From positions 1 to 52,253 of the forward strand of contig NEEC01000206.1 in the NCBI GenBank assembly GCA_002189035.1: a stretch of DNA of 52,253 nt, read 5' to 3'. This DNA comes from Utricularia gibba. Lineage: Eukaryota > Plantae > Magnoliophyta. Both the position numbers and the translations under genes were made by a program. The first letter of the stretch is position 1. Each line of letters opens with the position of its first letter. The notes beneath the pieces are model-generated. The model searched no databases, was not told where the DNA came from, and was given only the letters and a program-made list of their open reading frames with translations. Positions 11,940 to 24,400 of the stretch are shown here, in pieces.

Positions 11940-14320
11940 AAGATATCGACAAAATACGGAATGGTGCACGAGGCCTTCATCAGGTGTGGGTTGGAACACA
12001 CCGTGGCATTGTAAGGGATCGCCTCAAAACGAAAATTTCACACCTTCCAATGAAATCCATATGTTTGAAAGCGAGAAATCCATTCGCGTCGAATCGGAAG
12101 TCCAGGTCGCATCATCGCGAACGTCGTGGCCACTTTGTGGCACAATTGAAGGGTAATATAAGGCAATAATTCGAGCTCTGATACATCGTCGGACGACGAA
12201 GCTTCAAAACGGAAGATGACCGCCTCAAAATGAGCTTCGAAACGGTGTGTCGTGGCAACGTGGCTCATCACGGTTTTCAAGATATCGACAAAATACGGAA
12301 TGGTGCACGAGGCCTGCATCAGGTGTGGGTTGGAACACACCGTGGCATTGTAAGGGATCGCCTCTAAAACGAAAATTTCACACCTTCCAATGAAATCATA
12401 TGTTTTGAAAGCGAGAAATCCATTCGCGTCGAATCGGAAGTCCCAGTCGCATCATCGCGAACGTGGCCACTTTGTGGCACAATTGAAGGCTAATATAAGG
12501 CAATAATTCGAGCTCTGATACATCGTCGAACGACGAAGCTTCAAAACGGAAGATGACCGCCTCGGAATGAGCTTCGAAACGGTGTGTCGTGCGCAACGCG
12601 GCTCATCACGGTTTTCAAGATATCGACAAAATACGGAATGGTGCACGAGGCCTTCATCAGGTGTGGGTTGGAACACACCCATGGCATTGTAAGGGATCGC
12701 CTCTAAAACAAAAATTTCACACCTTCCAATGAAATCCATATGTCTTGAAAGCGAGAAATCCCATTCGCGTCGAATCGGAAGTCCGAGGTCGCATCATCGC
12801 GAACGTCGTGGCCACTTTGTGGCACAATTGAAGGGTAATATAAGGCAATAATTCGAGCTCTGATATATTGTCGGACGACGAAGCTTCAAAACGGAAGATG
12901 ACCGCCCTGAATGAGCTTCGAAACGGTGTGTCGTGCGAAACGTGGCTCATCACGGTTTTCAAGATATCGACAAAATACGGAATGGTGCACGAGGCCTGCA
13001 TCAGGTGTGGGTTGGAACACAACCGTGGCATTGTAAGGGATCGCCTCTAAAACGAAAATTTCACACCTTCCAATGAAATGCATGTGTTTTGCAAGCGAGA
13101 AATCACATTTGCGTCGAATTGGAAGCCCCGAGTCGCATCATCGCGAACGTCGTGGCCACTTTGTGGCACAATTGAAGGGTAATATAAGGCAAATATTCGA
13201 GCTCTGATATATTGTCGGACGACGAAGCTTCAAAAACGGAAGATGACCGCCCTGGAATGAGCTTCGAAACGGTGTGTCGTGCGCAACGTGGCTCATCACG
13301 GTTTCAAGATATCGAGAAAATACGGAATGGTGCACGAGGCCTGCATCAGGTGTGGGTTGGAACACAACCGTGGCATTGTAAGGGATCGCCTCTAAAAAAA
13401 TTTCACACCTTCCAATGAAATGCATATGTTTTGCAAGCGAGAAATCACATTCGCGTCGAATTGGAAGCCGAGTCGCATCATCGCGAACGTCGTGGCCACT
13501 TTGTGGCACAATTGAAGGCTAATATAAGGCAATAATTCGAGCTCTGATATATTGTCGGACGACAAAGCTTCAAAACGGAAGATGACCGCCTGGAATGAGC
13601 TTCGAAACGGTGTCGTGCGAAACGTGGCTCATCACGGTTTTCAAGATATCGATAAAATACGGAATGGTGCACGAGGCCTGCATCAGGTGTGGGTTGGAAC
13701 ACACCGTGCATTGTAAGGGATCGCCTCAAAACGAAAATTTCACACCTTCCAATGAAATGCATATGTTTTGCAAGCGAGAAATACATTCGCGTCGAATCGG
13801 AAGTCCCAGTCGCATCATCGAACGTCGTGGCCACTTTGTGGCACAATTGAAGGCTAATATAAGGCAATAATTCGAGCTCTGATACATCGTCGAACGACAA
13901 GCTTCAAAACGGAAGATGACCGCCTCGGAATGAGCTTCGAAACGGTGTGTCGTGCGCAACGTGGCTCATCACGGTTTTCAAGATATCGACAAAATACGGA
14001 ATGGTGCACGAGGCCTTCATCAGGTGTGGGTTGGAACACACCGTGGCATTGTAAGGATCGCCTCAAAACGAAAATTTCACACCTTCCAATGAAATCCATA
14101 TGTCTTGAAAGCGAGAAATCCATTCGCGTCGAATCGGAAGTCCGAGGTCGCATCATCGCGAACGTCGTGGCCACTTTGTGGCACAATTGAAGGCTAATAT
14201 AAGGCAATAATTCGAGCTCTGATATATTGTCGAACGACAAAGCTTGAAAACGGAAGATGACCGCCTCGGAATGAGCTTCGAAACGGTGTGTCGTGTGAAA
14301 CGTGGCTCATCACGGTTTTC

Positions 14321-16365
14321 AAGATATCGATAAAATACGGAATGGTGCACGAGGCCTGCATCAGGTGTGGGTTGGAACACAACCGTGGCATTGTAAGGGA
14401 TCGCCTCTAAAACAAAAATTTCACACCTTCCAATGAAATGCATATGTTTTGCAAGCGAGAAATCACATTTGCGTCGAATTGGAAGCCCCGAGTCGCATCA
14501 TCGCGACGTCGTGGCCACTTTGTGGCACAATTGAAGGCTAATATAAGGCAATAATTCGATCTCTGATACATCGTCGGACGACGAAGCTTCAAAACGGAAG
14601 ATGACCGCTCTGGAATGAGCTTCGAAACGGTGTGTCGTGTGCAACAAGGCTCATCACGGTTTTCAAGATATCGACAAAATACGGAATGGTGCACGAGGCC
14701 TGCATCAGGTGTGGGTTGGAACACAACCGTGGCATTGTAAGGGTCGCCTCTAAACAAAAATTTCACACCTTCCAATGAAATGCATATGTTTTGAAAGCGA
14801 GAAATCCATTCGCGTCGAATCGGAAGTCCGAGGTCGCATCATCGCGAACGTCGTGGCCACTTTGTGGCACAATTGAAGGGTAATATAAGGCAATAATTCG
14901 AGCTCTGATACATCGTCGGACGACGAAGCTTCAAAAACGGAAGATGACCGCTCTGGAATGAGCTTCGAAACGGTGTGTCGTGTGCAACAAGGCTCATCAC
15001 GGTTTTCAAGATATCGACAAAATACGGAATGGTGCACGGGCCTTCATCAGGTGTGGGTTGGAACACAACCGTGGCATTGTAAGGGTTCGCCTCTTAAAAA
15101 AAAATTTCATACCTTCCAATGAAATCCATATGTCTTGAAGCGAGAAAACCCATTCGCGTCGAATCGGAAGTCCGAGGTCGCATCATCGCGAACGTCGTGG
15201 CCACTTTGTGGCACAATTGAAGGCTAATATAAGGCAATAATTCGAGCTCTGATATATTGTCGGACGACAAAGCTTCAAAACGGAAGATGACCGCCTCGGA
15301 ATGAGCTTCGAAACGGTGTGTCGTGCGAAACGTGGCTCATCACGGTTTTCAAGATATCGATAAAATACGGAATGGTGCACGAGGCCTGCATCAGGTGTGG
15401 GTTGGAACACACCGTGGCATTGTAAGGGATCGCCTCTAAAACGAAAAATTTCACACCTTCCAATGAAATGCATATTTTGAAAGCGAGAAATCCATTCGCG
15501 TCGAATCGGAAGTCCGAGTCGCATCATCGCGAACGTCGTGGCCACTTTGTGGCACAATTGAAGGCTAATATAAGGCAATAATTCGAGCTCTGATATATTG
15601 TCGAACGACAAAGCTTCAAAACGGAAGATGACCGCCTCGGAATGAGCTTCGAAACGGTGTGTCGTGCGAACGTGGCTCATCACGGTTTTCAAGATATCGA
15701 TAAAATACGGAATGGTGCACGAGGCCTGCATCAGGTGTGGGTTGGAACACACCGTGGCATTGTAAGGGATCGCCTCTAAAACGAAAATTTCACACCTTCC
15801 AATGAAATGCATATGTTTTGCAAGCGAGAAATACATTCGCGTCGAATCGGAAGTCCAGTCGCATCATCGCGAACGTCGTGGCCACTTTGTGGCACAATTG
15901 AAGGCTAATATAAGGCAATAATTCGAGCTCTGATACATCGTCGAACGACAAAGCTTCAAAACGGAAGATGACCGCCTCGGAATGAGCTTCGAAACGGTGT
16001 GTCGTGCGCAACGGGCTCATCACGGTTTTCAAGATATCGACAAATACGGAATGGTGCACGAGGCCTCATCAGGTGTGGGTTGGAACACACCCGTGGCATT
16101 GTAAGGGATCGCCTCAAAAACAAAAATTTCACACCTTCCAATGAAATCCATATGTTTGAAAGCGAGAAATCCCATTCGCGTCGAATCGGAAGTCCGAGGT
16201 CGCATCATCGCGAACGTCGTGGCCACTTTGTGGCACAATTGAAGGGTAATATAAGGCAATAATTCGAGCTCTGATACATCGTCGGACGACGAAGCTTCAA
16301 AACGGAAGATGACCAGAATGAGCTTCGAAACGGTGTGTCGTGCAACGTGGCTCATCACGGTTTTC
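14321..16365 (+). repeat. B-F-C-D-D-E cycle (five-type cycle with a duplicated D unit)
   Basis: B (14321), F (14665), C (15007), two CGAT-starting D-like units (15351, 15691), then E (16031). Confidence 0.55.
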
Positions 16366-18761
16366 AAGATATCGACAAAATACGGAATGGTGCAGGGCCT
16401 GCATCAGGTGTGGGTTGGAACACAACCGTGGCATTGTAAGGGATCGCCTCAAAACAAAAATTTCACACCTTCCAATGAAATGCATATGTTTTGCAAGCGA
16501 GAAATCACATTCGCGTCGAATCGGAAGTCCCGAGTCGCATCATCGCGAACGTCGTGGCCACTTTGTGGCACAATTGAAGGCTAATATAAGGCAATAATTC
16601 GAGCTCTGATACATCGTCGACGACAAAGCTTCAAAACGGAAGATGACCGCCTCGGAATGAGCTTCGAAACGGTGTGTCGTGCGCAACGTGGCTCATCACG
16701 GTTTTAAGATATCGACAAAATACGGAATGGTGCACGAGGCCTTCATCAGGTGTGGGTTGGAACACACCGTGGCATTGTAAGGGATCGCCTCAAAAACGAA
16801 AATTTCACACCTTCCAATGAAATGCATATGTTTTGAAGCGAGAAATCACATTCGCGTCGAATCGGAAGCCCCGAGTCGCATCATCGCGAACGTCGTGGCC
16901 ACTTTGTGGCACAATTGAAGGGTAATATAAGGCAATAATTCGAGCTCTGATATATTGTCGGACGACGAAGCTTCAAAAACGGAAGATGACCGCTCGGAAT
17001 GAGCTTCGAAACGGTGTGTCGTGCGCAACGTGGCTCATCACGGTTTTCAAGATATCGACAAAATACGGAATGGTGCACGAGGCCTTCATCAGGTGTGGGT
17101 TGGAACACACCCGTGGCATTGTAAGGGATCGCCTCAAAAACGAAAATTTCACACCTTCCAATGAAATCCATATGTTTGAAAGCGAGAAATCACATTTGCG
17201 TCGAATCGGAAGCCCGAGTCGCATCATCGCGAACGTCGTGGCCACTTTGTGGCACAATTGAAGGCTAATATAAGGCAATAATTCGAGCTCTGATACATCG
17301 TCGGACGACGAAGCTTCAAAACGGAAGATGACCGCCTGGAATGAGCTTCGAAACGGTGTGTCGTGCGCAACGTGGCTCATCACGGTTTCAAGATATCGAG
17401 AAAATACGGAATGGTGCACGAGGCCTTCATCAGGTGTGGGTTGGAACACAACCGTGGCATTGTAAGGGATCGCCTCAAAAACAAAAATTTCACACCTTCC
17501 AATGAAATGCATATGTTTTGAAGCGAGAAATCCATTTGCGTCGAATCGGAAGCCCGAGTCGCATCATCGCGAACGTCGTGGCCACTTTGTGCACAATTGA
17601 AGGCTAATATAAGGCAATAATTCGAGCTCTGATACATCGTCGGACGACGAAGCTTCAAAAACGGAAGATGACCGCTCTGGAATGAGCTTCGAAACGGTGT
17701 GTCGTGTGCAACGGGCTCATCACGGTTTTCAAGATATCGAAAAAAATACGGAATGGTGCACGAGGCCTGCATCAGGTGTGGGTTGGAACACAACCGTGGC
17801 ATTGTAAGGGTTCGCCTCTAAAACAAAAATTTCATACCTTCCAATGAAATGCATATGTTTTGAAAGCGAGAAATCCCATTCGCGTCGAATCGGAAGTCCG
17901 AGGTCGCATCATCGCGAACGTCGTGGCCACTTTGTGGCACAATTGAAGGCTAATATAAGGCAATAATTCGAGCTCTGATACATCGTCGGACGACGAAGCT
18001 TCAAAAACGGAAGATGACCGCCTGGAATGAGCTTCGAAACGGTGTGTCGTGTGCAACAAGGCTCATCACGGTTTTCAAGATATTTACAAAATACGGAATG
18101 GTGCACGAGGCCTGCATCAGGTGTGGGTTGGAACACAACCGTGGCATTGTAAGGGTTCGCCTCTAAACAAAAATTTCACACCTTCCAATGAAATCCATAT
18201 GTCTTGAAGCGAGAAAACCCATTCGCGTCGAATCGGAAGTCCGAGTCGCATCATCGCGAACGTCGTGGCCACTTTGTGGCACAATTGAAGGGTAATATAA
18301 GGCAATAATTCGAGCTCTGATACATCGTCGGACGACGAAGCTTCAAAAACGGAAGATGACCGCTCTGGAATGAGCTTTCGAAACGGTGTGTCGTGTGCAA
18401 CAAGGCTCATCACGGTTTTCAAGATATTTACAAAATACGGAATGGTGCACGAGGCCTTCATCAGGTGTGGGTTGGAACACAACCGTGGCATTGTAAGGGT
18501 TCGCCTAAAACAAAAATTTCACACCTTCCAATGAAATCCATATGTTTGAAGCGAGAAATCCCATTCGCGTCGAATCGGAAGTCCGAGGTCGCATCATCGC
18601 GAACGTCGTGGCCACTTTGTGGCACAATTGAAGGCTAATATAAGGCAATAATTCGAGCTCTGATATATTGTCGAACGACAAAGCTTCAAAACGGAAGATG
18701 ACCGCCTCGGAATGAGCTTCGAAACGGTGTGTCGTGCGAAACGTGGCTCATCACGGTTTTC

Positions 18762-21494
18762 AAGATATCGATAAAATACGGAATGGTGCACGAGGCCTGC
18801 ATCAGGTGTGGGTTGGAACACAACCGTGCATTGTAAGGGATCGCCTCAAAACGAAAAATTTCACACCTTCCAATGAAATGCATATGTTTTTGCAAGCGAG
18901 AAATCACATTGCGTCGAATCGGAAGTCCCAGTCGCATCATCGCGAACGTCGTGGCCACTTTGTGGCACAATTGAAGGCTAATATAAGGCAATAATTCGAG
19001 CTCTGATACATCGTCGAACGACGAAGCTTCAAAAACGGAAGATGACCGCCTCGGAATGAGCTTCGAAACGGTGTGTCGTGCGCAACGTGGCTCATCACGG
19101 TTTTCAAGATATCGACAAAATACGGAATGGTGCACGAGGCCTTCATCAGGTGTGGGTTGGAACACAACCGTGGCATTGTAAGGGATCGCCTCAAAAACGA
19201 AAATTTCACACCTTCCAATGAAATCATATGTTTGAAAGCGAGAAATCCATTCGCGTCGAATCGGAAGTCCGAGGTCGCATCATCGCGAACGTCGTGGCCA
19301 CTTTGTGGCACAATTGAAGGGTAATAAGGCAATAATTCGAGCTCTGATACATTGTCGGACGACGAAGCTTCAAAACGGAAGATGACCGCCCTGAATGAGC
19401 TTCGAAACGGTGTGTCGTGCGCAACGTGGCTCATCACGGTTTTCAAGATATCGACAAATACGGAATGGTGCACGAGGCCTGCATCAGGTGTGGGTTGGAA
19501 CACAACGTGCCATTGTAAGGGATCGCCTCAAAAACAAAAATTTCACCTTCCAATGAAATGCATATGTTTTGCAAGCGAGAAATCCATTCGCGTCGAATCG
19601 GAAGTCCCGAGTCGCATCATCGCGAACGTCGTGGCCACTTTGTGGCACAATTGAAGGCTAATATAAGGCAATAATTCGAGCTCTGATACATCGTCGGACG
19701 ACGAAGCTTCAAAAACGGAAGATGACCGCCTCGGAATGAGCTTCGAAACGGTGTGTCGTGCGCAACGGGCTCATCACGGTTTTCAAGATATCGAAAAATA
19801 CGGAATGGTGCACGAGGCCTGCATCAGGTGTGGGTTGGAACACAACCGTGGCATTGTAAGGGATCGCCTCAAAAAACAAAAATTTCACACCTTCCAATGA
19901 AATCCATATGTTTGAAAGCGAGAAATCCCATTCGCGTCGAATCGGAAGTCCGAGGTCGCATCATCGCGAACGTCGTGGCCACTTTGTGGCACAATTGAAG
20001 GGTAATATAAGGCAATAATTCGAGCTCTGATATATTGTCGGACGACGAAGCTTCCAAAACGGAAGATGACCGCCTGGAATGAGCTTCGAAACGGTGTGTC
20101 GTGCAACGTGGCTCATCACGGTTTTCAAGATATCGACAAAATACGGAATGGTGCACGAGGCCTGCATCAGGTGTGGGTTGGAACACAACCGTGCATTGTA
20201 AGGGATCGCCTCAAAAACAAAAATTTCACACCTTCCAATGAAATGCATATGTTTTGCAAGCGAGAAATCCCATTCGCGTCGAATCGGAAGTCCGAGTCGC
20301 ATCATCGCGAACGTCGTGGCCACTTTGTGGCACAATTGAAGGCTAATATAAGGCAATAATTCGCTCTGATACATCGTCGGACGACGAAGCTTCAAAACGG
20401 AAGATGACCGCCTCGGAATGAGCTTCGAAACGGTGTGTCGTGCGCAACGTGGCTCATCACGGTTTTCAAGATATCGACAAAATACGGAATGGTGCACGAG
20501 GCCTGCATCAGGTGTGGGTTGGAACACACCCGTGGCATTGTAAGGGATCGCCTCAAAAACGAAAATTTCACACCTTCCAATGAAATCCATATGTCTTGAA
20601 AGCGAGAAATCCCATTCGCGTCGAATCGGAAGTCCGAGTCGCATCATCGCGAACGTCGTGGCCACTTTGTGGCACAATTGAAGGGTAATATAAGGCAATA
20701 ATTCGAGCTCTGATACATTGTCGGACGACGAAGCTTCAAAACGGAAGATGACCGCCCTGGAATGAGCTTCGAAACGGTGTGTCGTGCGCAACGTGGCTCA
20801 TCACGGTTTTCAAGATATCGAAAAATACGGAATGGTGCACGAGGCCTGCATCAGGTGTGGGTTGGAACACAACGTGGCATTGTAAGGGATCGCCTCAAAA
20901 ACAAAAATTTCACCCTTCCAATGAAATGCATATGTTTTGCAAGCGAGAAATCCATTTGCGTCGAATTGGAAGCCCGAGTCGCATCATCGCGAACGTCGTG
21001 GCCACTTTGTGGCACAATTGAAGGCTAATATAAGGCAATAATTCGATCTCTGATACATCGTCGGACGACGAAGCTTCAAAAACGGAAGATGACCGCTCTG
21101 GAATGAGCTTCGAAACGGTGTGTCGTGTGCAACAAGGCTCATCACGGTTTTCAAGATATTTACAAAATACGGAATGGTGCACGAGGCCTGCATCAGGTGT
21201 GGGTTGGAACACAACCGTGGCATTGTAAGGGTTCGCCTCTAAACAAAAATTTCATACCTTCCAATGAAATCCATATGTCTTGAATGCGAGAAAACCCATT
21301 CGCGTCGAATCGGAAGTCCGAGGTCGCATCATCGCGAACGTCGTGGCCACTTTGTGGCACAATTGAAGGCTAATATAAGGCAATAATTCGAGCTCTGATA
21401 TATTGTCGACGACAAAGCTTCAAAACGGAAGATGACCGCCTCGGAATGAGCTTCGAAACGGTGTGTCGTGCGCAACGTGGCTCATCACGGTTTT
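18762..21494 (+). repeat. Local dimer run (8 monomers, ~683-bp period)
   Basis: Units with ATGCATATG...GCAAGCG/GGCTAAT strictly alternate with units carrying AT(C)CATATG...GAAAGCG/GGGTAAT. The run ends in a B-C pair, whose C unit has GAATGCG/GGCTAAT. Confidence 0.7.
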
Positions 21495-24400
21495 AAGATA
21501 TCGACAAAATACGGAATGGTGCACGAGGCCTTCATCAGGTGTGGGTTGGAACACAACCGTGGCATTGTAAGGGATCGCCTAAAACGAAAATTTCACACCT
21601 TCCAATGAAATGCATATGTTTGAAAGCGAGAAATCCATTCGCGTCGAATCGGAAGTCCGAGTCGCATCATCGCGAACGTCGTGGCCACTTTGTGGCACAA
21701 TTGAAGGGTAATATAAGGCAATAATTCGCTCTGATATATCGTCGGACGACGAAGCTTCAAAACGGAAGATGACCGCCCTGGAATGAGCTTCGAAACGGTG
21801 TGTCGTGCGCGTGGCTCATCACGGTTTTCAAGATATCGACAAAATACGGAATGGTGCACGAGGCCTGCATCAGGTGTGGGTTGGAACACAACCGTGGCAT
21901 TGTAAGGGATCGCCTCTAAAACAAAAATTTCACACCTTCCAATGAAATGCATATGTTTTGAAGCGAGAAATCCATTTGCGTCGAATCGGAAGCCCCGAGT
22001 CGCATCATCGCGAACGTCGTGGCCACTTTGTGGCACAATTGAAGGGTAATATAAGGCAATAATTCGAGCTCTGATATATTGTCGGACGACGAAGCTTCAA
22101 AAACGGAAGATGACCGCCTGGAATGAGCTTCGAAACGGTGTGTCGTGCGCAACTTCATCACGGTTTTCAAGATATCGAGAAAAATACGGAATGGTGCACG
22201 AGGCCTTCATCAGGTGTGGGTTGGAACACAACCGTGGCATTGTAAGGGATCGCCTCAAAACGAAAATTTCACACCTTCCAATGAAATGCATATGTTTTGA
22301 AGCGAGAAATCACATTTGCGTCGAATTGGAAGCCCGAGTCGCATCATCGCGAACGTCGTGGCCACTTTGTGGCACAATTGAAGGGTAATATAAGGCAATA
22401 ATTCGAGCTCTGATATATTGTCGGACGACGAAGCTTCAAAAACGGAAGATGACCGCTGGAATGAGCTTCGAAACGGTGTGTCGTGCGCAACGTGGCTCAT
22501 CACGGTTTCAAGATATCGACAAAATACGGAATGGTGCACGAGGCCTGCATCAGGTGTGGGTTGGAACACAACCGTGGCATTAAGGGATCGCCTCTAAAAC
22601 AAAATTTCACACCTTCCAATGAAATGCATATGTTTTGAAGCGAGAAATCCATTTGCGTCGAATCGGAAGCCCCGAGTCGCATCATCGCGAACGTCGTGGC
22701 CACTTTGTGGCACAATTGAAGGGTAATATAAGGCAATAATTCGAGCTCTGATACATTGTCGGACGACGAAGCTTCAAAACGGAAGATGACCGCCCTGGAA
22801 TGAGCTTCGAAACGGTGTGTCGTGCGAAACGTGGCTCATCACGGTTTTCAAGATATCGACAAAATACGGAATGGTGCACGAGGCCTGCATCAGGTGTGGG
22901 TTGGAACACAACCGTGGCATTGTAAGGGATCGCCTCAAAAACAAAAATTTCACACCTTCCAATGAAATGCATATGTTTTGAAGCGAGAAATCCCATTCGC
23001 GTCGAATCGGAAGTCCGAGTCGCATCATCGCGAACGTCGTGGCCACTTTGTGGCACAATTGAAGGCTAATATAAGGCAATAATTCGAGCTCTGATACATC
23101 GTCGAACGACAAAGCTTCAAAACGGAAGATGACCGCTCGGAATGAGCTTCGAAACGGTGTGTCGTGCGCAACGTGGCTCATCACGGTTTTCAAGATATCG
23201 ACAAAATACGGAATGGTGCACGAGGCCTGCATCAGGTGTGGGTTGGAACACACCCGTGGCATTGTAAGGGATCGCCAAAAACGAAAATTTCACACCTTCC
23301 AATGAAATCCATATGTCTTGAAAGCGAGAAATCCATTCGCGTCGAATCGGAAGTCCGAGGTCGCATCATCGCGAACGTCGTGGCCACTTTGTGGCACAAT
23401 TGAAGGGTAATATAAGGCAATAATTCGAGCTCTGATAATCGTCGGACGACGAAGCTTCCAAAACGGAAGATGACCGCCTGGAATGAGCTTCGAAACGGTG
23501 TGTCGTGCGCAACGTGGCTCATCACGGTTTTCAAGATATCGACAAAATACGGAATGGTGCACGAGGCCTGCATCAGGTGTGGGTTGGAACACAACCGTGC
23601 CATTGTAAGGGATCGCCTCAAAAACAAAAATTTCACACCTTCCAATGAAATGCATATGTTTTGCAAGCGAGAAATCACATTTGCGTCGAATCGGAAGCCC
23701 CGAGTCGCATCATCGCGAACGTCGTGGCCACTTTGTGGCACAATTGAAGGCTAATATAAGGCAATAATTCGAGCTCTGATACATCGTCGGACGACGAAGC
23801 TTCAAAAACGGAAGATGACCGCTGGAATGAGCTTCGAAACGGTGTGTCGTGCGCAACGTGGCTCATCACGGTTTCAAGATATCGAAAATACGGAATGGTG
23901 CACGAGGCCTTCATCAGGTGTGGGTTGGAACACAACCGTGGCATTGTAAGGGATCGCCTCAAAACAAAAATTTCACACCTTCCAATGAAATGCATATGTT
24001 TTGCAAGCGAGAAATCACATTTGCGTCGAATTGGAAGCCCCGAGTCGCATCATCGCGAACGTCGTGGCCACTTTGTGGCACAATTGAAGGGTAATATAAG
24101 GCAATAATTCGAGCTCTGATATATTGTCGGACGACGAAGCTTCAAAAACGGAAGATGACCGCCTGGAATGAGCTTCGAAACGGTGTGTCGTGCGCAACGT
24201 GGCTCATCACGGTTTTCAAGATATCGACAAAATACGGAATGGTGCACGAGGCCTTCATCAGGTGTGGGTTGGAACACAACCGTGGCATTGTAGGGATCGC
24301 CTCTAAAACAAAATTTCACACCTTCCAATGAAATGCATATGTTTTGCAAGCGAGAAATCACATTCGCGTCGAATCGGAAGTCCCGAGTCGCATCATCGCG

